A DNA stretch of 63,502 nt, the filler included, from Sphacelaria rigidula (taxonomy: Eukaryota): NCBI GenBank assembly GCA_964200075.2. It is 8 parts of 8 records of this genome, joined end to end, with 100 filler letters (N's around TTAATTAATTAA, not from the genome) between each part and the next. Parts side by side here need not be neighbours in the genome. Positions count along the whole stretch, not along the records: positions 23,853 to 31,702 come from CAXNAA020013234.1; positions 31,803 to 39,652 come from CAXNAA020013235.1; 6 more parts are not named here. One strand, 5' to 3'. Position numbers and translations under genes: made by a program. The notes under the pieces are model-generated. The model ran no database searches. It saw nothing but the letters and a program-made list of their open reading frames with translations, and was not told the origin of the DNA. This document shows, piece by piece, positions 24,306 through 36,800 of this stretch. Positions within the stretch are counted from its first letter, which is position 1. Each line of letters opens with the position of its first letter.

Positions 24306-27300
24306 GATTGATCTGCTTCGCGTCGCGCCTCCAATTTTCTCATCCTTTCTTACGTGGGAATGGAATGGAAAAGGGAAAGAACACAGAGACGCCCTCACAG
24401 TGTTGTTCCTCTTTGATAATATGGAAGCTTTAAGCACGGTGAGGTGTACCGTCTACTAGTAGTTGAAGTCATGTTCCGCAGTTTCAATTATCTCGAGCTC
24501 AGACAGGAGGTCATCGCGGGAAGCGCACTGTTAGCTTCTCAGGTCGCTTTACGGGCGATGCCGCACATGGGAGAAAGCTGCATGACGCATGACATTCACA
24601 GCACACGTTGCAAGCGTGTTTTGCTGAAAAGATTCATGTATCCACAAGAACAGGGCGAGTGAGTGCAGGGTTCTCTGAATACGGGTCCCACTTTGTGCGC
24701 ATCGGTCTTGAAACACACATCCCCGTCTGTTGTATAAGAAGTATGCTGTTTTCTACTATGTGTTCGACACTGCGTATCAACCGCGACGTTACGCCTTCGG
24801 TGATACTACCTGCTCACTGCACAGCGGCAGGGTGCAGGGTGACAAAGCACACCACAGAACGCCACATCCTCAGCCTACCCCTATGCTGCATCGATTTCGC
24901 GCTGTCCTATGCAGCTCGCCACATCATGCACGCAACCGCTTGTATCTGCAGTCCACGTGCACGCGGGATACCATTTTCTAAAGCTCGTCGTGTTGTAGCT
25001 ACAGCGTGCATTTGCCCCAGGTTGCGCACGCAGGAGTGGAAGGCCGCCTCTGCTACTGTCATGGCTGCCTGTATCTTGGGCGAAGTTGTATGGCAACACA
25101 GTCGCTGTGGCGCGAAAGCTGCCTGTAGCATTGATGCCCTGGAGATTTTTACGCACTGCTGTTGTCTCGAAGTGTAGCGTTCCAGTTACCGTCTTGAGGT
25201 ACGAGTATTACACAGATGATAGTCGGCAATATATTTTATACTCCTGTGTGCGGTACACTTCTAACACCGTGTTCCTACCGACTGTAGAATCTTCGTCCAG
25301 TGTGATGGTAAATTACACTGCCTGAATTAAACTAATTCTTTGGGATTTGCAGATGGTCCCCAGAAACGACCGGCGGATATGAAAATATTTTAGTCGAACG
25401 TGTGCTTGTAAAGTAAATATGTAAGTGGTGTGTTTTTGGACCCGTCTTGAGGAATCTCTGGACTGGTCTGTGCATTCTCGGCCGTGCAACTAGGCACGTT
25501 TCCAAGGGCGCTTTGATTGGCCACAGCATGGCACGTCAAGCTGATTTTGTAGTTGGGTTGCTTGTATCGGATTGGCTGTATGGGGCACGCGCCTGCTCAA
25601 TGCACGCGCCGTCATGAGTTCGTATTATGGCAAATTGAAAGCGAGGCAGGAGGACGGAATAGCTGACCATGGCTGCTGCCACCCACCTCCCGCACTTGCG
25701 AACCACCTGCCAGAGAAAGACGTACTGTAGAACTAATCACAAGAAGGACCACCAGCTTTTCATCTGTTCTGCGCGGCGTCTCACCTTCTGGCCGGCAAGC
25801 CGTTCTCAAGAAGTGAGTAACGTATATCATAATCCCTTTGTATCGTTTGGGTTTTCCCTTTTACGAAAGAGCTCGATGCTTACTTTCAATAACAGCTGTC
25901 TGCCGTTGACGAGTGCCGTGTGCGAGAGAACCCTACTGCTTGAGTTAACAAGTCGAAAACAGGACCAGTGGGTCACATTCTCATTTACCTTGGGGTGTGG
26001 CTTGCTCTGCTAACGAATACCACGGCATTCATGGGGCTTCAGAGGTAGCTTGTTATATCAAGCTGTATGATTTTCTTTCTCTTCGGCTGCTGTGTACGCA
26101 TCAGCGAACCACAAGCTTCCGTTTGTTTGTTTTTTCAAGTCCTGTATTTTCGGTTTTTGATCTTCACTTGATTTTGTGTACACCGTTCATCGGGTGATCA
26201 GCTGATTTGTTTTCAAAAGGCAGCTGCTTCCTTTGATACTTCGAGTTGACGAACGCTCCGACTCGGGTCTAGCTTCAGGTCTTCGATGTGTCATACAGTA
26301 CCCACGTTGGTTTTAGGCAATGGCGACCGAACCACAAGGCGCTTCAGGTCCGAACGCACACGCAAGACCTTTTTTGCTACACAACCAAACACCCCCCAAA
26401 CGCCCCACGACCGCCCGTGCTCACTGTCCGTCGATCCTGTATCAACCGAATCGACCGATATGTGTCCCAACACACGCCGATTCATGCTTGCGGGTAACGA
26501 GTACGCGGCCTATTTCAATCGCCGCCCGCTGCGCAGACGAGTTTTCTTCCAAACACGGAACGTTGAGCCACCATGCGCACCGAACTATATCGATGCGACA
26601 TGATGGACCACGATTGAGAATGTTGTCTGTACACGAGCATGATTGAACACGGCGAGGCGCGAGGCTCATGTTACTTGGACACAAGCTCTTTTCACTTTCA
26701 CACGGCACCAGGGTACACTACAGTTTGACTGCCGCCCCACCAACACGCACTACAGTACATACTTGATCGTCCAGTAGGCCGCGTATCTTTCGCGTTGAAT
26801 TATTGTTCCGAACTGAAGTACTGACGCCAGTACAGCACCGTCTGAATTACAAATGGTCTCGGCAGGCAAAATGTTGCGGACGGTGAGGTGCCGTGCTTTA
26901 GCACACGTGTTACTGCTGCACTATCTGAACAAAGTCATGTATATTACATGGTGGATATGATCGGCACGGGTATTGCGGTGTGTTGGGTGTTCTTCGTGTG
27001 ATACGAACGACTTGACATTGGTCCTGTACCATCGACCCGACCCTCCGCTGCACCACGCGAAGATCATACGTACTGTACTATGCCACCCAGCATTTACTGT
27101 CCGGTACTTTGTGCGGTGCTGTTTGTACTGCATTACATATCTATATTGCTGTCGTACGTGTCCATCTTTTGGTTGTCTCACCGGTACGACGTACGTCACC
27201 AACACCCCAACTCGGCTATTTTTAGCGAACTAGGCGGTGCTGTTATGAGTTTCGCCAGCTGCGCTGATATTGCCTCTAGACATACGGCACCCGACAGTTG

Positions 27301-27781
27301 TTGTTTTTTTCTCAACCTCAACATGTCCTCATACAGAACTGAGCGGTTTGACGTTGCTGTTCGCTGCGCTCCATACGTATATCCCTTCATGGCATGCAGG
27401 TTTGTCCAATTCCCTATTCCGCTGGTGACGAGTCACTGTAAGTCTGTTGATTGTGACAACCTTCGTTTTCTTCTTGTCTCTTTGTTTCTACAGTTATTCA
27501 TCAACACACGCACATGCGGTTTGTTGTGCGCCTTAGACTCCCCCCCCCCCTTTCGTCTGCACCTGATTGAAAAGGTGATAGACCGCTACATGTGCGGACT
27601 GCATGGACCTCCATGTCGATCGAAAACTGTCGAAAGTACCCTGCCATTGTATTCATTTTTATTTTTGTTCACTCCGCCTTAGTCCTCAACAACTATGCTG
27701 TCTCCCACGACGAAACGTTCATTTTTCAACCCCCGCATCTCTACGTTAACGATCTGGCGCAATTGCGCAGGTGTACAAGCC

Positions 27782-28843
27782 ATGTCTGATATCAACCGCC
27801 CTTCGACTTCATCGGAGTACGTTGTCATGAAGAACGGGTCGCTCCCTACAGACAATGGTGGACAACCGTACAAATCAACCACGCGCAGTGCGCCGAGTGA
27901 CAAAAACGAACCAGAACGTTGTGACGTTGATGATAGCGTCGTTGCAGGACGTATTTTCAGGGACATGAGTGTGGATGAAGACAATCCTCCTCCACAGGCT
28001 CACCCTGACCCCGTTGATGCCCACTCCCCTGTACACCGACCAGCCACTCAAAGTGCTGACGGTGTTCCCACTCTTCTTTCTCAGATGGCACCACTCCACG
28101 TGAGCCCTGATGCTACGAAAACCTTCCCTGACGATGACCTCCGCACCCAAACCGGTGCTGAACCCTCTGATCGCCCCACTCTGGCTTTTGATACGTCGCC
28201 CAAATTGGAACAATACCTGCCCACGCGTGACGAAACACACGACCGGCTTCGGCAAAAGCGTCCAGCCTTCATTCCCCCGCGCCATTGGTATAACGTTTCA
28301 GAGGCTAAACAGACAGCGTGCTGGATTCAGATCCGCGGCAACGATCTAGCACACATTGAACTTGAGCACAGAGAGTTGAAGTTTGCCCGCCTACAGGTAT
28401 CTACAAGTGTCTTGGAGCCCCGTCAGGCCTCCCATAATGTAGATGTCCACCCCGAGAAGAAGCCAACGGAACAGAATGAACTAAAACGCGCGATACGCGA
28501 ATCCACGAAGGCTCTGGAAATTGCAGAGAAAGAATTTAAGCTGTTGAAAAAAAGACACTTGGAAGCTTCGCGTCATTTCGGGCTATGTTGGCAAGTCTGG
28601 CAATCACAACTGCGTTCGTACCGTCGCGGAGAAGCGACAACTGATTCACCGCCTGACCCACCTGACCTGGCACACTTTCAACCCCATGCACCGGCCCATT
28701 CACAAAACGGTAGACCTTTACATATGCATGGACCTAGTGCCGCGGCTGAACCCCGCCAGGGCGGTACCCACACAGCACTGATGCTCACCTCACAACTTGA
28801 CAACCTTTCGGGAACGTTCTACAAATCCGGAGATTCCAAATAG
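27782..28843 (+). CDS. Intronless orphan ORF (~353 aa; disordered N-terminus plus coiled coil), possibly a retroelement gag/ORF1
   Basis: Long uninterrupted frame (ATG at 27782). Pro/Asp/Ser-rich N-half, heptad region QNELKRAIRESTKALEIAEKEFKLLKKRHLEA, and it ends in a 38-bp tandem duplication (28811-28894). Confidence 0.45.
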   Translation: MSDINRPSTSSEYVVMKNGSLPTDNGGQPYKSTTRSAPSDKNEPERCDVDDSVVAGRIFRDMSVDEDNPPPQAHPDPVDAHSPVHRPATQSADGVPTLLSQMAPLHVSPDATKTFPDDDLRTQTGAEPSDRPTLAFDTSPKLEQYLPTRDETHDRLRQKRPAFIPPRHWYNVSEAKQTACWIQIRGNDLAHIELEHRELKFARLQVSTSVLEPRQASHNVDVHPEKKPTEQNELKRAIRESTKALEIAEKEFKLLKKRHLEASRHFGLCWQVWQSQLRSYRRGEATTDSPPDPPDLAHFQPHAPAHSQNGRPLHMHGPSAAAEPRQGGTHTALMLTSQLDNLSGTFYKSGDSK

Positions 28844-31800
28844 CATACGGTGGGGTGGAACGTTCTACAAGATCCGGAGATTCCAAATAGCATACAGTGG
28901 GGTAACCCAGGACGCGTTGCTTTGCCCAAAACCTAAGCCCCGCCACCTGCCTGTTTATTTTTCTACTTCTGTAATTTATTTCTCATTAGTTGGTACAATC
29001 CCACAATTAAAAATAAACTATGACCGGTAATTCACTGCAGAAGTATCCAACAATTTTATGTCAACCATTTTGTTTCGCTCGGCCAGGTCACACACATCAC
29101 ACGCGCTAATCAGCGGTGGCCGCCGCGGGTTCAACCATGTGGTGTGGGTTCCCTGGATATGCTAACACTACCTTGGAGGATTCCAAGGCAGTCGAAGCCC
29201 GTGCACCGTTGCATGGCTATCAATTGAGCAGTGACCAAACCCAACGTTTTAATCCTTGATTTGATCACCCAGTTTTACATTCACCAGGTACTAATCATAT
29301 AACAGAAAATTTTGCGAATTGAGGTTTAACTCTGAGATGAGGCTCAAGTGGCAACCCGACTTGCGAACTGTTTGTAGTAGAAGTACCGAGGACAAGCTCT
29401 TATTCGGAGGAAGTAACCTGTGGAGGTGAACCCGTAACGCGTCATATTCAGTACGTCGAAGAATCGAGAGAATTAAGTCGGGTGAGCACTCTTGTTACTC
29501 TACACCACAGGGAAAAAGGTGGCAGCGCACGGATCCCATGTCTTACGCGAGGAACAGCACCCCGATCATGCCCGACAGGGTGGGAGGGGGGGGGGGGTGC
29601 TCGTCAGGCACGCACGACTAAGACGGGCACCGTTCGTGTCTTGGTATCGATCAGCTTCAGGTTTGTGCTTCCCCCCTCAATCAAAAAGTCGGTTTCAACG
29701 CAACATGGATAGCCCATTGCCCACAAGATTCCGTCACGGAAACGACTCGGATACTCCTCTTCGAACATTTCCCTCTGGCGAGAAGAATGATGCATTGTCT
29801 TTAATCGAATTCGAGAACGCGAGTAGGTGTTCCACGCACGGTGCTACCATCGGTTGCGATCGACAAGCGTTGACGCCGTCTTTTCTCATCAACGGGTACC
29901 CCCGGAACAAAACCACGCACAACGGGACAGAACGGTGAACCACCCCTCCCGCCCAAGCCCCCTATCCCGACCCAACCCCACCAAAACAGACCCTCGTTTT
30001 CAGAACCGAAGCCGCAAACATTATATCCGTCAATCTCCCGCGCCGTCATCGGTAGCGTCTTCATCTTCATCTGCATCGTCTTCCTCATTATCATCGCAGG
30101 GACTAGCGGCTGGGGTTAATCCAAGCCACCTTTTCTTAAATCCAGGGCCCCGTACAAAAAGATCCCCGGCACGAATGACTAATGGCTTTTTCGCCGCTAA
30201 TCTACTGCTCCACACGTGAGGTGTTGGTACACAAGCAATGAGAGCGTGCTTATCTCCGCCTCCGCTGTCTACAGCGGCAGCAACGTAAGCGTCTCTACTA
30301 CCTATATGGGGAATCTGCGACGTTATGTCGATGGCCTCATCATCGACCGTTGCTTCCCAAGTGAGGTAGAAAAATGGGCATCTCTACGCCACTTCTAGGT
30401 ATAACGCCGCCTTTGCTTTACACGTCTTCTTGCCAGGCTCGAACATTTTCCTCAGTCGTTTGTTGGTTTAGCTACCAAAATAAGGTGGATAGACTGCTCC
30501 TCTACGACATGGTCGATAGAATAAAGGGCGTCCTCCGGAGTGTCGCATATTTCATACTTCCCCCAGACGTGAATGTCCGGATAGGCGACGTCTTGGCGTT
30601 GTTTCGCGATCACGTGCAGCCTGTTGACCTGATCTAGAGTCGAAAACTGTGACCAAATCTGATTGCACGCGCGGCGGAGGTGAATGCGCGAGACGCGGTT
30701 CCTAGTCACGTCGCGAAGAGGGGAAGCAAAAATGTGTAATAGACTTCACGCATTCACTGTAGACTTGTGAAAACAATGGTACGAGATCCCGCGACAAACG
30801 CCACCCCTCAGATTCTCAGCGATACACACTCTGCTTGATCCCAAACGAAGGGTTCGAAGCGCGATAGGCATTCCGTTTGGCATGCCATGCCCGTTTCCTT
30901 CGAAATCTCCGCGTCGCCACTAGAAGAGCAGGAAGTGACAAGACAACCCCCGAGTGATGGCCTTCTCACTCGCCTGTCCTATGATTTAGGGTACTGAAGG
31001 GCAATACGTTGTCTGGGTATAATGATCGTTGTGACGGCTTTACAGATGGGTTCGTGACGAAGTTAGAGAGCAGACTCAGCCGACGTAAAGATAGAATAAC
31101 AATTTCTTTACTTTAAATGGGCCGAAATATATCCGAGCATCGCACTTATTCTACTATTTCGAAGCACTCGTAGAAGGTTTTGGCCGTTGTCAAGCCGAAC
31201 AGCGCTGGTTTTACCAGCAAGGTTTGTCAGTGAAGAAGGCAGTGGGGTCCAACACACGGGAATACGTAAAACTAGTGGTTGATTCGCGATTGTGATTATT
31301 GTTCGTTGTTTTTTTATAATGTTGTTTCTCTCTGGAGTTTAGAAAGGGGGGTATGCGGCCATTTTCGAGCCTGAATATTTGTTTTCATTCGTACGAAGCA
31401 AGCACCAAACGTAGACAACATATGCTTTTAACCGAAAATTGACCAAAAGTAGAAGACGAAGATCGGACCAAAATCCGGGCAAGATGAAGGGCCCGTACAA
31501 TTTAGGGTATCCTCTTGTATGGTACAGGGGAAGTACATTTGACTCGCCAATGCGTCAAGAAATATGCGAAAAAAATAAAACTGGTGCGTAGGTGCCCGCT
31601 AGCCTGATCACCACCTTGTCCTCACTGTGCGACCCTCAAACGGCCAAGAAGCAAGTAAACAAGACTCGATATGAACACCGTTCGTCTCGCCCGAAGCACT
31701 CTNNNNNNNNNNNNNNNNNNNNNNNNNNNNNNNNNNNNNNNNNNNNTTAATTAATTAANNNNNNNNNNNNNNNNNNNNNNNNNNNNNNNNNNNNNNNNNN

Positions 31801-32119
31801 NNGTCATCGACACGCGTGGACACCGCATTCGTTAGGTGCACCTGGCCACAGCTGCTTAACTGCTGCGGACATTTGGGGGGGAAGATGGTTTCGCTCGGTC
31901 GTAAGTGTTTCGCATCATCCCTGCAAAAAAAAATGTCACTTAAACCTCATTTTCGAGGTGGACCCCATTTTTCAGGATCCGCTGTTTTCATGAAATATGT
32001 GAATACATAATATGCGAGATGTAAACCTTCATCCCACCATTCACGCCTCAAGCCGAAGCGTCGTATCCAAGCTCAGGCGTGTAGACATACGCTCGTAAGT
32101 AGTGCTTTTGATTCGTATT

Positions 32120-32852
32120 CAGCAAAAGCTGTTGAGAGTTCTATTCTTTAAACCAATTGATATATAAGTTGGGGGCAAGAGGATGAATATTTTCAACAAT
32201 CTTTGCTGCATCCCGGATCCCATCCGCTGGTTATGGTGCAGTGTGCGGAACTTGCACAGTAGAGGCTGTTCGCAATAACTTTTTTTTGCCCAATTTCTGG
32301 ATGAATCAGCGGGCAGAGTGGGGATTCATTTCGAGCTGGTCCTCCTGTATATATTCTACACCCTGGACAATATATGGTCAATATATGTCATAGACGAGAA
32401 GTGTGCTGCATAAAGTATAGGCCTATTGCTACTGTCGCCGGGATACAATAGTCGCAATAGGCCTATACTTTATGCAGTGCGTTTCTTGTCTATTGCATCC
32501 ATTGACCATATATCGTCCAAGGTGTGATATATTCCGAATGTGCCAGTGTGTATCGGATTTATGGAGCAGATGAAGCTGTTCAAAGCACATCCTTTTCTGG
32601 CCTAATTAAATTGGACAAAATATGATATATTTCGAACACTTTCATCTGCTCCATAAATCCCGTTAATGTGTACGGGACTTGTGTAGCAAATGAAGCTGTT
32701 CAGGATGTATCCTTTTTTTGCCCATTTGTTTTGCCAATTTAACTGGATCTATTCCGGGTAGCTTCTTTTGCTGTCCGAAATAATTCCTCTGTTTTCCTGT
32801 TTGCCCAATCAGAAATCGGGCAAAAAGAGGAATTACTTCGAACAGCTTCTTT
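32120..32852. repeat. Array of ~5 related palindromic units (AGCA.A.GAAGCTGTTC...TTTTGCCCAATT...GGGCAAAA...GAACAGCTTC)
   Basis: Self-complementary units at ~32120-32208, 32254-32347, 32555-32660, 32683-32773 and 32770-32850. Confidence 0.7.
32358..32525 (+). ncRNA. Candidate miRNA-like long hairpin precursor
   Basis: Ungapped 69-bp stem (32365-32433 with 32450-32518), 16-nt loop, 24-bp perfect core, and 6 G:U versus 2 A:C on the + strand. Confidence 0.4.
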
Positions 32853-33106
32853 AAATGAATAATTTTTTACTTTTTGTGAAAAAATCATTTGGAATTTTCA
32901 AATTGGGAGTGCCTCTTCAAAGGGTTGCTTACAGGGTTTCGAGAAAAACGCTACACAGAATGCTGGTAGAGGTACTAGGGTTTGCAAATGCTGTACAGAG
33001 GTTTTCACAAACACTGCGAAGGACCCTGTGCAGCGCGTCCTACAGGGTGCTATCTGTCCACGTGTGTAATTTCATCTCAATTCTGTATTCGAGAGTACAG
33101 TAGACT

Positions 33107-33565
33107 ATATTCGTGAGATTCAGAACGTAGTTTCAGATTCAGAGTGGATGCTTTTGCGTTCCTGACAGGCAACTTTTTTGTTTTTTTTGCTTGCGTAGAC
33201 GTGCTGTGCATGCAGCTACCGTACAGTACCCCATTCGAGGAATTCGGCGGTCTGGTTGGTGAGATACCGCACAAAGCATTCTTACGCCTGGGGGGCATTT
33301 CGGAACTGAAACTGTTTCAGGTACTAATCGTTTTTTTCTGAAAGAGGGGATCTTTTGTTGCAATGGACTGACAACGTCGTTGCGATCAAATGATGTGTTA
33401 AACTGATCGTGTAGGTGACAGCTTTCATTGAAGCCACCGCTTCACCAGCTGGGCGCANNNNNNNNNNTTACTCCTCGAACTGTGGCGATGTCAAAATCGA
33501 CGGGAAAGTCGATTGTTTCGGGTCTCACTCTGAATCTGAAACTACCCTCTGAATCTCACGAATAT
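33107..33565. mobile_element. MITE-like element with ~40-bp TIRs (contains a 10-N scaffold gap at 33458-33467)
   Basis: atattcgtgagattcagaacgtagtttcagattcagagtg ... cactctgaatctgaaactaccctctgaatctcacgaatat. Confidence 0.7.
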
Positions 33566-33899
33566 TGTGTTAGTACCATTTGAATTTTATCACCTACTGC
33601 AGTGAATAATCGCTTATCAATACAAACGCGGCCATTCGGCTACCTTGTAAAGGATTTTCCAAACGTCATCCTCGGTTCCGTCCAATTTGAAATCCCCGCT
33701 CGAGGATCTTGGGTATTCGCAATCCTCTAGAGGATTTTCAATGTTGGGGCCCTCGAACGTCTGCGTCAATACTCAAATTCCCTTGATTGTTTTTGAATGC
33801 ACAGGTTGTATGGAAATCTGGACTTCGTATAGCCTCTGCTGTTCGAAATCAATCCTAATTTCAAATTTGGAACTTGGTGGGCTTTGATTGTTGGTTTTG

Positions 33900-36800
33900 A
33901 TTGTCGCACTTTAACTGACCCCCCAGGGATCCAGCCGTGGCCTCGTGATAGACGTACCCAAAATCTCAGGCATATCAGAAACGTGCCTGCTGCGAATAAC
34001 GAAGATTCGCGAGACAATTTACTTCTGCCCTCATCACATTCATTCGCCATACAGTTTGCAGTATCCTTCACTTGGAGGATGCAACCGGCGTCCAACGCTT
34101 TGAAGACCCCAATTGGGTAGACGGCTGGTAGACCCCCTTGCACAAAGCATTGCATCGATCCATTAGCCGCCGCTCTCCCGACATCGCTGCTCCTTTAACA
34201 CAGGTCCTCGACGGCTTCCCTGCCGAAATAGATCCGGATCGTCCCAAGGGGAAGACAGGCCCAGTATTGCTCTCTGATCTGGAAAGTTTGTCCCCTTCGC
34301 GGGTTATCTTTGCGAATATAAGCTTCTAGTCTCTGGTACTACGGGTGTCGGACGCCAAAACGGACTGAGCGACGCAATGTGTCAGACTTACGTCGCAATA
34401 GCGTTGCCCAACAGTATCCGGCTCTGATGCCGTCGTTGTTTCCGGGTGTCTTGGCGCGTCGCGAGGTGCCTTACACCTCTGTTGATGCTGTGTGGTCTGC
34501 TTTTGTACCCCAAGTTTGGGCAATCTAACGCCCGCCATACGTGGCAAACCTTCTATGCCTCTGCGTCCACAACCTACGGTGTTGTGTCCTCCGCTCATGC
34601 TCAAGGATCTCGCGGCAAAAATTCCAGTTCATTTCGCGCTTAATGAACCCCCGACTCGGTCGCCGGTTCACTTATGCACGTTCAAAGCAACAGAGATGCA
34701 TTCAGTGCGAGTTTTGATGGCTGGCCGTTTTCGGAGGAAACTTGGGATGATGTTTATTTGACTTCAACAACGGCATTCATTACAGATGATCCCCATTTGT
34801 GGAACCCACTTCTTTCGTCTCCTGCTAGACGTAATGTCTTCAGCATTCATGCCAACAGTTGCATCAACTGTAGTATTCAAGGTCACAGTATGCGTGACTG
34901 CGACAGTCCATGCACCAATGCCTTTGATCTTATGAACCCTGAATTGCAGGACAATAAACACACGTGGCGCCGATGGCAAAAACGCATGCGCGACTATCGC
35001 CCACCAAATCGAAATCATAGCAATAATTCGAATCAACGTGGCCACAAAAGCTCTAATCGCGGTCGCCGACAGAGCAACAATATTGCAAGCCGTTGCCAGA
35101 ACGATCATAATTCTCGCGACAACAAACTATCCCCTGATGGACATCAGCGGATGGGGCTGACACACAACTCGAACCCCAACACCAGAAACCCTGGTACCTT
35201 CACCACGGATCGCGTAGACCCATGACGTGCCGACGCCGGCTTTCTCCGGTCTGCCGCGCCGCCGACAGCAGTAGCGAAGATTTTTTCAACACAGCCCGCG
35301 GAATACATGACTAAGATTGTTCACCCGACTCACCCGGCACTTTGCAGGAGCGCTACAGACGGCCGTTCAAATCGACCCCCGTCTCCAAACTCCACACCGT
35401 TTTCAACACAGCCCGCAGAACCCGCGACTAGGATTGTTCACCCGGTTCCCACGGCACTATGCAGAAGCGCAACTGACGGCCGTTCAAACCGACCCCCGTC
35501 TTTATCCCTGCACACATCGCGTAATAGTTGTGGTACCCCGCGACTCAGACCTACACGCGGCCCTGAACTTGGTCCTTCAGTGCCGAGTATAAGTCGGTGG
35601 TGTGGGAGGACCAACCGTCAGTCCCTGAGGCAAATGGAACTTCGTTGAGAGGCAGTACAAGATGGCTCTCGCCTTTTCTAACTCCGCACTGACGCCAGCA
35701 CGAACGGATTTGGAGGAGGTTTGAATCAACCTCAGGTTGATGGCTCCGTCCGACCCATCCTTTTTATCAGCCGTGCTAACCTGCCCAACGAGGCCAATTG
35801 GAGCCCGCTAGAACTATAAGGCGGAGTAATCACTTGGGCCATTAAGCGCCTTTGACAATATCTGTTTAACGTGTCCTTTAAGATCTATACTGTTCATGGA
35901 GCAGTCGAACAAATAGCCAAGGTTAGCGAACACAACCCGCGTGTACGACGATGGTTGGAGTTTTTCATAGTATATCAGTGTACCATTAAGCACCGTCCAG
36001 GCAAAACCAACGGGAACGCTGATCTTCTTTCTCACCTACCCCTGCCGCCTACGGCCGCAGATTTCAGCCTGGCTTGCCGTTTAACGACACCCCATGAACC
36101 TGCAATTTACGTGATCAGACGTTTTTCAACGTCCGTTTACGCCCTCGACTTCCAGTGCCCAGAAACTGGTAAACATATGGGAGGACCTCGCCCTCATATG
36201 ACGCCGTCTTGGGTGGGTTAGCGCCCACTAACTCCAATTTGTCGATTTCCGCACTTTCGGTACTCGCGTGAAGCTCTTCACGGAGACACCTTCGGTCACC
36301 CACCTAATCTCCGACAACACGCACTCCCGGTCTGCCGCCCGCACCACCCCGAGTGCCCCGCCGCCACCGATAACACCTGCAAATTGCACGAGCCACGCAG
36401 CACAGGTTCCGCGGACCAGCATGCAAAGCTCCGCAGAAACTCCTGCAACGTCCACCATGCGCCGCGGACAATCTTCGCCGCGCACTGACACAGTCCCGCT
36501 GCCCATAACGGCGCCATCAACATCCATCGCTCCTGAGCATGGAGCTGATGACTGAGCTCTTGCTCCCGGGACAGATATTGACGTCAGCATCTCTGCTTCG
36601 TCACCTATTCTCCTGCTGCCTACCCCACCATGTTTGGTCGGCTCGCCAGCGGAAGGCCAACTATGCGAGTGCCAGCTGCTCTCACCGCGATCGGGCTCGC
36701 GAATAAACCGTTATGTCGCGCAGCCATCCGGTACTTACAACTTGACTGCCCAGTCTCTTTTCCATCCGCCCTTCTGGCTCCAGTTGGCACTCTGCCACCA

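Noticed and set aside
25890-25940. CLPLTSAVCERT, resembling the hAT dimerisation motif P.TS...ER.FS
   Set aside because: Too short, the following FS is missing, and no other transposase motifs were found nearby.
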